DNA of 64,000 nucleotides from Thermoplasmata archaeon (GCA_038874435.1 JAVZCK010000006.1:37332-101331), one strand, 5' to 3'; counted from the first letter of the stretch, positions 31,804-41,998 are shown. The notes: a model not told the origin generated them from the sequence alone. Translations and numbers: made by a program.

Positions 31804-34110
31804 ATGGCGAATATGGTTGTCTGCCCGAAATGTGGTTCCATCAACTCCCCGAAAGCTATGGAGTGCACAGAATGTGGTTCTCCGCTAGTTCCAGATAAGC
31901 TCCGATTCTTACTGGATGTGCAAGGTATGAACCCATCATTAATTCAAAAACTCTACCTTGCCGGTTTTAAAAATGCCGACGACCTCAAGAATGCTAGTGT
32001 AAAAGAAATCGCCAAAGTTGAAGGTATCACAAGAAATATGGCTGAGAGAATCAAACAGCAAATAATCAAACTTGAACTTACTGGGAACCAGAAGAGTGTT
32101 TCTCTCTACATTTGCTCTCACTGTGGTGCGCTTCTCTCAGAAAAAGCCACATCCTGCCCACAATGTGGTGCTGCAGTGGTCCAAGAACCAGAGACAGAAG
32201 TTCAGCTTGAAACGAAAACTTCCCCAGAAGAAGAGAAACTGATAAAAGAACTGGAAAAGCCAAAAATTACCCTTTTTCTCTGCTCAAACTGTGGGGCTTT
32301 TGTATCCAGTGATGCAAGAGCATGTCCAAACTGTGGTGCTCTAATGGAAAGTGCTGCTGAGGAAGAAATTGAAACCAAGGAAGGCACATCAGAAGTCAAA
32401 ACAACCCCTGAAATTACACCAATGCACGAGATGGATGGTGCGATCATAGGTGTGTGCAGTTCCTGCGGTGCATTTCTGTCAAGAAGTGCAAAGGCATGTC
32501 CAGTATGTGGAAGCCCAGCTGAAAACAACATTAGTGTGGCAATAAATTCCATTGGTGAAGTGGAAACAAGAGGTAAAGAAACACCAATCAAGCCAGATTT
32601 TGCAATATCCAGCTTCGATCCGAAGCTTGAATCAGAGGGCAAAATTTTTTTGTGTGAGGTCTGTGGTGCGTTTGTTTCAGAAGGTGCCGAAGTGTGTCCT
32701 GTGTGCAACTCCCCAACCACAAATATGAAGAAGGAGGTAATCAGAATAGGCACACCTGAGAAAATGAGCAGTGAGGAGCTCATAAATCTTTTAGAAAAAG
32801 AAATAACTAAGGCGATAGATGATGCAGAGAAATCAATAGCCGAAGAGAAGAAAATTGAGATGCAACAGATGCCTGTTGAACCAGAAGTTGTCGAACTCCA
32901 TGGCTTTGAGTCCATTGAAGCGGAATTGAAGGAGGCAATTCCTGAGCATCAGACGGAGCCGGAATCTGAAGAGGCGCAGGAACATGTGGAACATCTAGAG
33001 GATGTGCATTCTGCAGTCACCTATGAAATTGGAGACATTCTTGTAGAAAGTGTGCTGAAGAATAAATTCTCTTTTGAAGAGACGGAAAATGTAGAAAAAA
33101 TAGAGCATGTTTCAGACCCTGTTGGAGAGGTCGAAAGCGAACTCTGGGAGTATTTTTTTGACGCCGAGGAGGAAAAAACAGAAGTGGAAGGAACTGAATG
33201 TCCTATATGTGGTTACAAAAATCCAGCCAATGAGGAAAAGTGCGAGATTTGTGGCTCAACCATTATGCCAGAAGAGGAAGAGAAACGGGAGGAAGAAATC
33301 ACTGAACCACCTAAAAAAGTGAAAAAGGAAGTAGTGATCGAAGAAAAAAAGGCACAGCCAGATAAAGCAGCCAAAGAAGTTGAAAAGGTGAAAAAGGAAG
33401 TGATGACTGTGCCTGTTGGCAAAGTAAAGGTGAAGCCCATCCCAGTTGGAAAGAAAGTTTCTCGAGTATCTCCTCTTGAAAAGCATTATTATAAAATACT
33501 TGGAATTTCTCTTGCAGGTACTGGGATTGTATGTTTGCTTGTTTTTGGTGTATCAACTCTATCTGCGGGTGTTATGGCTCTCGTCTTTATTGTTATAGGG
33601 GCGATTTTCTCGTTGTTGATGCTGAAGCATCAGAAGAAGGAAGAACCTACAGTTCAAAAATTTCTCAAGGTTCCTCAACCCTCGAAACCCAGTGAAGTTG
33701 CTTTGTTCAATATGGGGTCAACATATCTTACTACAGGGAGATTCAATGATGCAGTGAAGGCCTTTGAAGAGGTTGTGAAATTGAATCCAAGAAATGAGGT
33801 TGCATGGAATAATCTGGGCAGCGCGCTTTCAAAACTGGAGAAACATGAGGATGCACTGAAATGCTACGAAAAGGCACTAGAACTTAAACCAGATTTTGAG
33901 ATTGCATGGAATAACAGAGGGAATGCCCTTGCACGACTTGGAAGATTTGAGGAAGCACTTGAATGCTATGATAAAGCGATTGCACTAAAAAGAGATTATC
34001 ATGATGCCTGGGTGAACAAGGGCTATGTGCTAGTTAAAATTGGGCGATACAGCGAGGCAATCGCCTGTGCAAATGAGGCAAACAAGCTCGTGGAGAGAAC
34101 CTATGGCTGA
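31804..34110 (+). CDS. multi-zinc-ribbon protein (six CxxC...CxxC ribbons), helix-hairpin-helix, acidic linker, TM segment, C-terminal TPR repeats
   Basis: The six ribbons are 'CPKCGS..CTECGS', 'CSHCGA..CPQCGA', 'CSNCGA..CPNCGA', 'CSSCGA..CPVCGS', 'CEVCGA..CPVCNS' and 'CPICGY..CEICGS'. HhH 'VKEIAKVEGITRNMAERI'. TM 'ISLAGTGIVCLLVFGVSTLSAGVMALVFIVIGAIF'. TPRs 'AVKAFEEVVKLNPRNEVAWNNLGSAL...ALKCYEKALELKPDFEIAWNNRGNAL...'. Confidence 0.65.
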   Translation: MANMVVCPKCGSINSPKAMECTECGSPLVPDKLRFLLDVQGMNPSLIQKLYLAGFKNADDLKNASVKEIAKVEGITRNMAERIKQQIIKLELTGNQKSVSLYICSHCGALLSEKATSCPQCGAAVVQEPETEVQLETKTSPEEEKLIKELEKPKITLFLCSNCGAFVSSDARACPNCGALMESAAEEEIETKEGTSEVKTTPEITPMHEMDGAIIGVCSSCGAFLSRSAKACPVCGSPAENNISVAINSIGEVETRGKETPIKPDFAISSFDPKLESEGKIFLCEVCGAFVSEGAEVCPVCNSPTTNMKKEVIRIGTPEKMSSEELINLLEKEITKAIDDAEKSIAEEKKIEMQQMPVEPEVVELHGFESIEAELKEAIPEHQTEPESEEAQEHVEHLEDVHSAVTYEIGDILVESVLKNKFSFEETENVEKIEHVSDPVGEVESELWEYFFDAEEEKTEVEGTECPICGYKNPANEEKCEICGSTIMPEEEEKREEEITEPPKKVKKEVVIEEKKAQPDKAAKEVEKVKKEVMTVPVGKVKVKPIPVGKKVSRVSPLEKHYYKILGISLAGTGIVCLLVFGVSTLSAGVMALVFIVIGAIFSLLMLKHQKKEEPTVQKFLKVPQPSKPSEVALFNMGSTYLTTGRFNDAVKAFEEVVKLNPRNEVAWNNLGSALSKLEKHEDALKCYEKALELKPDFEIAWNNRGNALARLGRFEEALECYDKAIALKRDYHDAWVNKGYVLVKIGRYSEAIACANEANKLVERTYG

Positions 34111-34498
34111 GAAAATAACAGAACCAGAGAGAGAGGCCTTGCTTTACGAAATTAGGCGCTCATTTGCGATTCTGAATGCTGATATACCTGAAAAAGTTGA
34201 ACTTAAGGGTTTTAAGGAAGTTCCACTAAGAGAGATAGTTCTGGAAATTCGGAAAGGAGGAGTAAAGAATAGAGATTACATTATCTCACTAATTGAGGCA
34301 ATCAACCAGAAGGTCAAGGAGATGGAGGAAAAAATTTACGGAGAAATTACAATTGAGGAGGCAATCTGTCTTAAAGATTCAATACTCGGTTTAAAAAGAG
34401 CAAGAGCAGAGCTTGAGAGTGAGCTGGATGGCAATTCCAATATGGAACTTGAAGACACGAAAAGGTTTTACAACCTTGTAAAGGAGCTGAGAAGATGA
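34103..34498 (+). CDS. hypothetical cytoplasmic protein (131 aa), translationally coupled (ATGGCTGA overlap) to upstream gene
   Basis: The ORF is in frame from 34040, but the ATG at 34103 overlaps the upstream TGA stop (ATGgcTGA). Charged helical protein, no motif. Confidence 0.45.
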   Translation: MAEKITEPEREALLYEIRRSFAILNADIPEKVELKGFKEVPLREIVLEIRKGGVKNRDYIISLIEAINQKVKEMEEKIYGEITIEEAICLKDSILGLKRARAELESELDGNSNMELEDTKRFYNLVKELRR

Positions 34499-34989
34499 GA
34501 TACACAGCTAGACACGCACTGATTGTAGGAACCTGGTTTGCTATTTTGGTTTATGCTTTGCTCATTTTCCAGCTTTCCTCTGCTCCCATGAATGCACAAC
34601 CTCAACCAATCCAAACCACTTACCAGACAATAAACGAGACCGTGAGCCAAACCATTGTTGTGCCCACAGGACAGCCCCAGAGATATACACCGGACTATCT
34701 TCATCTCTTTCTGTTTGTCGGTTTCGGTTGTTTGCTTTATGCTGGCTTTTTTGTGCTCGGAGGTAGGGCGAGACATTTTGCAGTCAATTTAGCATGGATT
34801 GCTGGCACTATCTATGGAATTGCGGATGAATACCACCAGAGTTTTGTCCCAGGCAGAACAATGGACTGGAAGGATGCTGTTGCTGATGCCAGCGGTGTAT
34901 TTCTTGGAATCCTGATCGCTGTGCCTCTCGTTCTTGCAGTAATTAAACTCAGGATAAGGTTCCGCTCAAAGTGGCTGGATTATGCTTAA
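34495..34989 (+). CDS. VanZ-like family membrane protein
   Basis: 'AGTIYGIADEYHQSFVPGRTMDWKDAVADASGVFLGI' matches the VanZ-like conserved (D/E)E.HQ.F.PGR...D...D..G core. Four TM helices. ATGA overlap with the upstream gene. Confidence 0.65.
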   Translation: MRYTARHALIVGTWFAILVYALLIFQLSSAPMNAQPQPIQTTYQTINETVSQTIVVPTGQPQRYTPDYLHLFLFVGFGCLLYAGFFVLGGRARHFAVNLAWIAGTIYGIADEYHQSFVPGRTMDWKDAVADASGVFLGILIAVPLVLAVIKLRIRFRSKWLDYA

Positions 34990-35201
34990 CAACACAAAAC
35001 GAAAACTGTAGTGTTCTCCCATATAAACCTATATAAACCTAATGTGTGATTTCACAATTTGACGCTGTTTTTTATGATTATTTGAAATTACTGGCATAAT
35101 TTTTCACAAACAATCCAGAATGTGCCAGATTTTATGCTTCAAACTGTGAAAACTTGCGATATATATATATATGATTTGTTTTCTTATTATTGGTGAGAAA
35201 A

Positions 35202-36260
35202 ATGGGCACAAAATGGAGAGTATTCGGGATAGGAATAGTGCTTTTCGCACTATTCTGGTGCTCTGTGGCTCAGATGCCTACAGTGAACGCAGGGAATGAT
35301 GACACACAGAAGGAAGTTCTTGCAGAGTGGGTGAATCAGTATAATGGTAAGGCTGGGGACCTTCCCTACTCTGACATTGATGCATACGGAAGAACTGGCT
35401 GGTGGTGGTACTGGCCGATATTAGGATATGTGTATGGAACCAAACCAGGATTCGGGTATGTAATGTCCCAGCATGGATGGGAGACAACAGTGTGGGGGAA
35501 CAACAATGCTATACCAGATGACTTCGCAAGACCAGCTGAATTTGGTGCATCTCGTGATTTTATCTATTTTGCAGGACATGGTACTGGCGGCGGAACGATA
35601 CGAGTAAATGGTCAATTTATCCACTTTAGCGCAATGGTATTCGGTACAGATCAATCTTCTGCGATATCTATGCCTCCAAACAGCTACGACCCATTAACTC
35701 AACCAGCATCAAATTATGCAGATTCGTATGAAACTTTGCTGGGTGATAATGACGATGTGGAATGGCTTACTCTTTCTTGCTGTCGGGGACTAGCAGGTGG
35801 AGCAAGTGCCGTATGCACCCAAACATGGGGATATGCAATGTACCACCATACACCAACAAACACGCAGGGCATTCATGTTGTCAACGGGTATGTAACAGAT
35901 TCTTATTGGTATGGGACTTGGTCATGGTGGGACCATAAAACTCGCGGGGCAATTTATGCAGAATGCCTTTTTGAAGGAGGAACCCAAAATGGATATCTGA
36001 AGCGTGCCGTGGGATTTGCATGGCAAAGAGCGACAATTCGGGATGTATCTGAGAATTGCTGGGGTGAGCATCACTATATTGTGGGTGCAAGTGTGGCAGC
36101 AGTGGGCAACATATACGAAAATGGAGAATTAGTAGATATAGTGGAATATTTCTATGAAGATACGATTGATTCCCCGCTTCCAGACCCGATAAACAAAAAT
36201 ATAGGAAATATTATATCAATATACACGCCACAGTATTATGAATGGGTTGTGGACCAGTAG
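35202..36260 (+). CDS. secreted protein (signal peptide), W/Y/G-rich, unknown function
   Basis: Signal 'MGTKWRVFGIGIVLFALFWCSVAQMPTVNAG'. The ORF track begins at a TTG (35190), so the ATG at 35202 is preferred. Preceded by an AT-run 'atatatatatat' (35161-35172). No catalytic motif recognised. Confidence 0.55.
   Translation: MGTKWRVFGIGIVLFALFWCSVAQMPTVNAGNDDTQKEVLAEWVNQYNGKAGDLPYSDIDAYGRTGWWWYWPILGYVYGTKPGFGYVMSQHGWETTVWGNNNAIPDDFARPAEFGASRDFIYFAGHGTGGGTIRVNGQFIHFSAMVFGTDQSSAISMPPNSYDPLTQPASNYADSYETLLGDNDDVEWLTLSCCRGLAGGASAVCTQTWGYAMYHHTPTNTQGIHVVNGYVTDSYWYGTWSWWDHKTRGAIYAECLFEGGTQNGYLKRAVGFAWQRATIRDVSENCWGEHHYIVGASVAAVGNIYENGELVDIVEYFYEDTIDSPLPDPINKNIGNIISIYTPQYYEWVVDQ
35229..35275 (+). repeat. 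47-bp direct repeat copy A (inside the signal-peptide coding region of the 35202 gene)
   Basis: ataggaatagtgcttttcgcactattctggtgctctgtggctcagat. It is 45/47 identical to the copy at 38575-38621. Confidence 0.8.
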
Positions 36261-36272
36261 GAGGCGAATACC

Positions 36273-37262
36273 ATGAAAAAAGTGACTAAGATAATAATTT
36301 CTCTGGCGGTATGCGGAATGCTTTGCGGAGTTCTGGTTTGGTATTTAACAGCACCTGCTCCAAGAACAGAAGAAAACGAGAATGTGGCTTCATCCGTTCT
36401 CATTGGAACACAGAGTACCTATGCCCCCTATCTTTACAATGGAGATGTAGATTTCGACAAAAATCTTTCAGGTGTTCTCGATAGCTGGCCAAGCAAAAGA
36501 GCCCTCCTTACATTGACAATTTTCTCACCACTCCAAGGTGCGAACAAACAGGATGCTTGTATTGCCATTGCGAAAGCATTTGGAATTTACACAAACACAA
36601 CTGAGGAGAGTCCGCTTGGAATCACAGTTAAAGATGAATCTAGACAAGTTGAAGTTAGCACAGTTTCAATTTTGTATTCCACAGACTACGCTGTTCCGCC
36701 AACATTGCCAGAAAAATTTATCTCTGACGATAAAGCGGTAAGCACAGCATGGAATTTTATAAATTCCACAGTTCCACATATCTTGAAGAATGCATACCCA
36801 CATCTAACAATAGACTTCCATGCGATTGATGCCGATAAGAAAAGTGATGGTGTCGTTACTTACTACACCACGAAAGTTATATCCTTCTCACTTGCATACG
36901 ATGACTATCCAATTGCGCCAAGAGTGATGGTACGAGTGAACGCTACAGGAACAGTTACCTGGTTATCCATGTCCTGTGATTTTGCAGTTTCAAATTATGG
37001 CTGGATTGATGCAAAACAACCAGCCGAAATTATAAACTATCTCAGAGGTAAAGGTATTGGTATCTCCAAACCTCCTCAAAATGTAAAAAAAGCAAGTATT
37101 ACAGGAATTGATATCTACTATGTGACGTCAGAGAAACCTCTGCTTCCAGATAAACCGCACCCACCATTACTTGTACCACTTTACGAAATGAAGATAACTG
37201 TTATGTACAATGACGGCACCACTGAAAACATCCAACAAAACCTCAGGGTGGAATTGGCATGA
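36273..37262 (+). CDS. secreted/membrane-anchored protein, unknown function
   Basis: N-terminal signal anchor 'VTKIIISLAVCGMLCGVLVWYL'. 13-nt gap after the upstream gene with RBS 'ggaggcg'. ATGA overlap with the downstream gene. Confidence 0.5.
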   Translation: MKKVTKIIISLAVCGMLCGVLVWYLTAPAPRTEENENVASSVLIGTQSTYAPYLYNGDVDFDKNLSGVLDSWPSKRALLTLTIFSPLQGANKQDACIAIAKAFGIYTNTTEESPLGITVKDESRQVEVSTVSILYSTDYAVPPTLPEKFISDDKAVSTAWNFINSTVPHILKNAYPHLTIDFHAIDADKKSDGVVTYYTTKVISFSLAYDDYPIAPRVMVRVNATGTVTWLSMSCDFAVSNYGWIDAKQPAEIINYLRGKGIGISKPPQNVKKASITGIDIYYVTSEKPLLPDKPHPPLLVPLYEMKITVMYNDGTTENIQQNLRVELA

Positions 37263-38578
37263 GAAAACTATTCCTATTTTTATTTATTTTCTTTCTTGCG
37301 ACTATTTCATTTGTTCACATCAACGCCCTTGCAGAATCAGCGCCTTCGGACAGATACTTAGAACATGCCCCTATTAAGATTACCTCAAAAAGTGAATTCA
37401 CAAAAGAGAATGGCGTGGTTGGGGGCTGCGGGACTGCAAATGACCCCTTTATCATTGAAGGTTGGAAAATTGTGAATGCTATAGAATGGAGTGGCATTTA
37501 TGTAAGATGCAGCACAGAGGTTTTTTATATCATAAGAAATTGTTTTGTTGTCGGATGTCATATTACACTGTATGCCGATAACGGTCTTATCATGGACAAC
37601 ATAATATATAATCCCGATTATAATGCCAGTGGTTACGGAATATACATCGGAGCAAGAAACATAGTCATCTATAACAATACAATTACCGCATACTACGCAG
37701 GAGTTGAGGTCACTAAGGGATGGGATTTAAGAACAGATTCTCAAAATATCCAGGTTATCTCAAATAATATTACCTCCCTTAACGGTGTTGACCTTCAACA
37801 TGTATCCAATGCGAGAGTTGAGTCAAATCACATAACGGGATTTTGTGGGGTGATGGATGGTGAAAGCGAAAATGGCAAAATAATCTCAAACAACTTTTAC
37901 ATAGTTCAAGGATGTGCAATAAATGGAAGAAACGAAATTCATCATAACAACTTTCACAAGCGATTTGAAAATGGAGTTTTAAACAAAAGTCTGGGTGAAG
38001 ATAGGTCTGGGAGAAGCATCTGGTATGACCCAGAAAGAAAAGAAGGAAATTACTGGTATAACTGGGATGGTAAAGGCTGGGGCACAGAAAATGCATATCC
38101 GATTAACGGTTCAAACGTATCCGATTACTACCCTCTGAGGACACCACTAGAAAATCAAACAATCTTTATAAAATACAACAAGACGATTTCTATGTCTGAG
38201 AAAATTAAGGTATATGTAAAGAATGCTAGCTCAGAACCGCTTAGGGGTTGTGGTCTCTCTGTGGAATTCGTTTTTGACGCACCTGCTGGAGTTAGAGCAT
38301 ATGTTGAAAACGCTCAATCTGATGAAAATGGGAGTGCAGAGGTGGATGTGGAGGTCAATCCCAACGCAAATTCTGGGAAACATCTTGTGATTCTAATGAT
38401 AAAATCTAATAAATCTGGCTATTTGAATTCTTCAAAGATTGTGATTCTCACAGTTTGCATAAACACAGGTTCTCCTTTGGAGTTAAATCCGTTGGTTATT
38501 ACTACTCTTCTTATTATACTATTAGCTTGTTTCATTGGGTATGTCTTCCACATGAGAAAAAAGAGGAGGGGAAAATAG
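37259..38578 (+). CDS. secreted right-handed parallel beta-helix repeat protein with C-terminal TM anchor and basic tail
   Basis: Signal 'MRKLFLFLFIFFLATISFVHINALA'. PbH1-like repeats ('IYNNTITAYYAGVEV', 'ISNNITSLNGVDL', 'VESNHITGFCG', 'ISNNFYIVQGCAI'). C-terminal 'SPLELNPLVITTLLIILLACFIGYVFHMRKKRRGK'. Confidence 0.6.
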   Translation: MRKLFLFLFIFFLATISFVHINALAESAPSDRYLEHAPIKITSKSEFTKENGVVGGCGTANDPFIIEGWKIVNAIEWSGIYVRCSTEVFYIIRNCFVVGCHITLYADNGLIMDNIIYNPDYNASGYGIYIGARNIVIYNNTITAYYAGVEVTKGWDLRTDSQNIQVISNNITSLNGVDLQHVSNARVESNHITGFCGVMDGESENGKIISNNFYIVQGCAINGRNEIHHNNFHKRFENGVLNKSLGEDRSGRSIWYDPERKEGNYWYNWDGKGWGTENAYPINGSNVSDYYPLRTPLENQTIFIKYNKTISMSEKIKVYVKNASSEPLRGCGLSVEFVFDAPAGVRAYVENAQSDENGSAEVDVEVNPNANSGKHLVILMIKSNKSGYLNSSKIVILTVCINTGSPLELNPLVITTLLIILLACFIGYVFHMRKKRRGK

Positions 38579-38621
38579 GAATAGTGCTTTTCGCACTATT
38601 CTGGCACTCTGTGGCTCAGAT
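38575..38621 (+). repeat. 47-bp direct repeat copy B (begins at the stop codon of the 37259-38578 gene, non-coding context)
   Basis: ataggaatagtgcttttcgcactattctggcactctgtggctcagat. Flanking sequence diverges immediately on both sides. Confidence 0.8.
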
Positions 38622-38662
38622 ATGAACGGTGATGCAAATGCAGACAGTGGTATGCCTCATTT

Positions 38663-39073
38663 CTATTTCACCAGTGCAAACTTATACCCATAGTAGATTA
38701 TTCCTGCCTTTCCATCCTCGCCAAGCCGCCTGAACACCATCTCCACCTTTGAGCCAATCTTAACCTCCTCTGGATTGCAATCCACAATCTGGGCTGTGAT
38801 TTTTGGGCCCTCATCCAGCTGAATTATTGCCATGATGTAAGGCACCTGGTTCTCAAATCCATCTGCTGGCTCGTACACCAATGTATAGGAATGCACAACA
38901 CCCTTACCACTCAACTTGTATTGTTTCATCTTTCCTATGCTCAATCGATGGCAATCTGGACACACAATCCTCGGCGGAAAATACACCTTCTTGCAATTCT
39001 CGCACTGCACACCAATCAGGTTATAGCGGTTTGGAATCTGACGCCAGAATCTCGGTATCTGCATTTTGACCAC
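38663..39073 (-). CDS. DUF35 OB-fold/zinc-ribbon protein (scaffold subunit of archaeal thiolase-HMG-CoA synthase complex)
   Basis: Rubredoxin-like 'CENCKKVYFPPRIVCPDCH' plus an OB-fold C-terminus. It sits immediately downstream of the thiolase and HMGCS genes on the same strand. Confidence 0.8.
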   Translation of the reverse strand: MVKMQIPRFWRQIPNRYNLIGVQCENCKKVYFPPRIVCPDCHRLSIGKMKQYKLSGKGVVHSYTLVYEPADGFENQVPYIMAIIQLDEGPKITAQIVDCNPEEVKIGSKVEMVFRRLGEDGKAGIIYYGYKFALVK

Positions 39074-39074
39074 C

Positions 39075-40244
39075 TCAATTCTCCCGCTTGAGAATGCTCA
39101 CAAAGGCAGTTGCACCAGTACCTCCAATGTTCAGTGTCAAGCCCACATTTGCATTTGGCACCTGCCTTTCCTTCGCCTCGCCTCTCAGCTGTTGCACAAT
39201 CTCAACCACCTGCGCAATTCCCACAGCACCTGGCGGCTGACCTCTGCCCTTGAGTCCACCAGAGGGATTCACCACCACTTTACCTCCAATGTCTGTCTGG
39301 CCCTCTGCAGTTGCCTTGCCTCCTTCACCCTTTTTCACTAGTCGCAAGTCCTCTATCTCCACAATCTCTGCAATAGTATAACAGTCGTGTACCTCTGCTA
39401 TATTCACCTCTCGCGGACCAATCTTCGCCATGTGGTATGCCCTGCTGGATGCCCTCACAACCGCATCCATGGTGCAGATGTCCCTTCTGCTATGCAATGC
39501 AATTGTATCTGTGGCAAGACCTACACCTGCAATCTTGACTGGAGTATCACAGAATTTTTTAGCATGGTCCCATGGACAGAGTACCACCGCTGCCGCACCA
39601 TCTGAAACCGGGGCACAGTCAAGGGTCTTTATCGGTGTAGCTACTGGTGAAGAAGAAAGTACTTGCCCAACCGTCAGTGTGTTCTTGAAATGCGCAACTG
39701 GGTTCTTGGAAGCAAATTTGTGATTTTTCACAGCCACATGAGCCATCTGTTCTTCGGTAGTTCCATATTCATACATGTGTCGCCTTGCCATCATTGCAAA
39801 CAGCGAGGCATAGGTAGCCCCAAAAATGCTTTCCCACTCGTTGTCTGCAGTGGAACAAAGTTCTCTGTTGGCTTCCGCATCTCCTACATCCGTCATCTTT
39901 TCTGCACCACCAACCATCACGAAATCATACATGCCAGAGGCAACTGCAAGGTATGCTTCATAGAGAGCAACACCTCCAGATGCACTTGCTGCTTCCACAC
40001 GCACAGCTGGTAGATGCTTGGAAGAATAGCCAGAATAGTCAAGAATCAATGAGGAAACATGCTCCTGTTCAATAAGTTTGCCAGCAGACATATTTCCAAC
40101 ATAGAGAGCGTCAAGCAAATCACCACTTATCTTTGCATCTTCAATCGCTCTGAGCCCTGCCTCAATTCCAATCTCTCTAAAGGATTTTTCCCAGAGTTCC
40201 CCGAACTTTGTCATTCCAATTCCAATTATTGCTACATCTCGCAT
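39075..40244 (-). CDS. acetyl-CoA C-acetyltransferase (archaeal thiolase, mevalonate pathway)
   Basis: Thiolase fold: 'VAIIGIGMTKFG', active-site Cys region 'EAASASGGVAL', C-terminal 'GLKGRGQPPGAVGIAQVVEI...NIGGTGATA'. 1 nt after the HMGCS stop. Confidence 0.85.
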   Translation of the reverse strand: MRDVAIIGIGMTKFGELWEKSFREIGIEAGLRAIEDAKISGDLLDALYVGNMSAGKLIEQEHVSSLILDYSGYSSKHLPAVRVEAASASGGVALYEAYLAVASGMYDFVMVGGAEKMTDVGDAEANRELCSTADNEWESIFGATYASLFAMMARRHMYEYGTTEEQMAHVAVKNHKFASKNPVAHFKNTLTVGQVLSSSPVATPIKTLDCAPVSDGAAAVVLCPWDHAKKFCDTPVKIAGVGLATDTIALHSRRDICTMDAVVRASSRAYHMAKIGPREVNIAEVHDCYTIAEIVEIEDLRLVKKGEGGKATAEGQTDIGGKVVVNPSGGLKGRGQPPGAVGIAQVVEIVQQLRGEAKERQVPNANVGLTLNIGGTGATAFVSILKREN

Positions 40245-40248
40245 TTGA

Positions 40249-41298
40249 TCATTCCTCCCTTAGAATAATCTGGTGCTTTAGTTTCGTGTAGATTGCATAG
40301 TTTACCTCAACTGCATTCTCAATGTAGTGCCTGATTAGGGGTGCGTTTTCTCGCTTGAAATTCTGGATTTCCTCAGTCACAGTTATATCAAAACCGTCTG
40401 AGCCAGCACCTGAACCAAAGGCAACAGCGAGAATTCTGTCCCCTGGCTTTGCAACATCAAGCACAGAACATAGACCAAGCATTACTGCTCCTGAATACGT
40501 GTTGCCGATGTAGGGTGTAAGCAAGCCCTGGTTTATCTGTTCGTCCTTGAAACCAAGCATTTTGCCTGCCCTTCTTGGAAATCTGCCATTGGGCTGATGG
40601 AAAATTGCATACTGGTAATCCTCTGGTTTCGTGCCCTGCATCTCCATCAATTTTTTGGCACAGGTGAGCACATGTCTGAAGTATGCTGGCTCTCCTGTAA
40701 ATCTGCCACCATGACTGGGATACATCTGTCCCTCTCTTCTCCAGAAGTCAGGTGTGTCTGTTGTAAAAGAGTATGTGCGATTGATTTCCGCAATCACCTT
40801 CTCATTGCCGATGAGGATTGCAGCACCACCAGCACTTGCAGTATATTCTAGTGGGTCTCCAGGTGCTCCCTGAGATGTGTCAGCACCTATTGCAAGTCCA
40901 TACTTTATCATCCCTGATTTCACAAGGCCCATGCAGGTCTGGATGCCTGCAGTCCCTGCCTTGCAGGCAAATTCGTAGTCAGCAGCAGTTAAGTCAGGCG
41001 TTGCACCTATTGCCTCTGCAACAACGGTGGCAGTGGGCTTCACAGCATAGGGATGCGACTCTGAGCCACAATAGATTGCTCCAATTTCTTTCGGATTAAT
41101 TGAAACTCTTTTCAGTGCGTTCCTTGCCGCTGTCACCGCAATTGTGATTGTGTCTTCATCCGGGCCTGGCACTGATTTGGCTTTCACACCTAAGCTCTCG
41201 CCGTAGCTCTTTCCATCGATTCCCCACACCGCTCCAATCTCTGCAGGTGTTATCCTGTAGCGGGGCACATAGCCACCATAACTTACTATTCCTACCAT
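40249..41298 (-). CDS. hydroxymethylglutaryl-CoA synthase (archaeal type)
   Basis: '[16 protein letters not shown]', catalytic Cys '[12 protein letters not shown]', 'HQPNGRFP'. 349 aa. Forms the canonical archaeal HMGCS-thiolase-DUF35 operon. Confidence 0.85.
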   Translation of the reverse strand: MVGIVSYGGYVPRYRITPAEIGAVWGIDGKSYGESLGVKAKSVPGPDEDTITIAVTAARNALKRVSINPKEIGAIYCGSESHPYAVKPTATVVAEAIGATPDLTAADYEFACKAGTAGIQTCMGLVKSGMIKYGLAIGADTSQGAPGDPLEYTASAGGAAILIGNEKVIAEINRTYSFTTDTPDFWRREGQMYPSHGGRFTGEPAYFRHVLTCAKKLMEMQGTKPEDYQYAIFHQPNGRFPRRAGKMLGFKDEQINQGLLTPYIGNTYSGAVMLGLCSVLDVAKPGDRILAVAFGSGAGSDGFDITVTEEIQNFKRENAPLIRHYIENAVEVNYAIYTKLKHQIILREE

Positions 41299-41302
41299 TT
41301 TT

Positions 41303-41998
41303 TCACAACTCCTCTAATCTTTTTATTATTTCATTCAGGTTCATTTTTGTGACAAGCAAGGGAATGTTTTCCAGTTCTGCAATTTTTATTGCAAGTGGGT
41401 CAAGTTCCTTTGGTGCATGGAGCACCACACAGGCAGGTTTCAGGGGATGGACCCTTATTGCTACCATGGGACTTCGGCCAAACCTTACATCGGTAAATAT
41501 GAGGGCCCTCTCAGTGCTCCAGCCATAAATTTTGAGATAGTCAGTAGCATTCAGGGAGAGAATTGCCTTAACACTATCAACTATTGTGTAGCCATGTATG
41601 TCACGCTGGAGTGAGCAAGGAGAAACATTTTTTGCACCAAGCACATCCTTGAAGTCGGTTAGTGGAATTCCAATGGGAAACTCACGAATCTGAATAATGG
41701 CATCACTTTCAACACCAAGCATGTATTTTTTAATGACTTCCCCACCTTTTTTTCTATCAATATTTATTATAGACTGGACAATTCTAGAAATTGTCTTTAT
41801 GCCTGGCGACTCCCTTCGCTCATGTTCGTAGTCGCAGATTGTGGATGGCGAGACACCCAGTTCTTCAGCAAGTTCTTTCTGACTCACTTTGAAGGTTTCC
41901 CGCCATTTCTTTATTGTCTTGCCAGGGCTTTCAGAAAGCACGATTTCGCCAGCCATTTTTTCAGCAAGTTTATCAAGCATTCGGGGTTTCAATGGCAT
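41303..41998 (-). CDS. XRE-family helix-turn-helix transcriptional regulator with uncharacterised C-terminal domain
   Basis: HTH_3 '[40 protein letters not shown]'. About 150-aa C-terminal domain. 4 nt after the HMGCS start (upstream, same strand). Confidence 0.6.
   Translation of the reverse strand: MPLKPRMLDKLAEKMAGEIVLSESPGKTIKKWRETFKVSQKELAEELGVSPSTICDYEHERRESPGIKTISRIVQSIINIDRKKGGEVIKKYMLGVESDAIIQIREFPIGIPLTDFKDVLGAKNVSPCSLQRDIHGYTIVDSVKAILSLNATDYLKIYGWSTERALIFTDVRFGRSPMVAIRVHPLKPACVVLHAPKELDPLAIKIAELENIPLLVTKMNLNEIIKRLEEL

Noticed and set aside
35020-35046. Tandem 'tatataaacc' x2 in the AT-rich region upstream of the secreted-protein cassette
   Set aside because: It is most simply a duplicated TATA/BRE-like promoter element and is too short to call a mobile-element end. 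It lies about 160 nt upstream of the gene, so even the promoter role is uncertain.
35190-35201. TTG start for the secreted protein gene (ORF-track coordinate)
   Set aside because: An ATG four codons downstream (35202) gives a canonical signal peptide start and sits at the right distance from the AT-rich promoter element.
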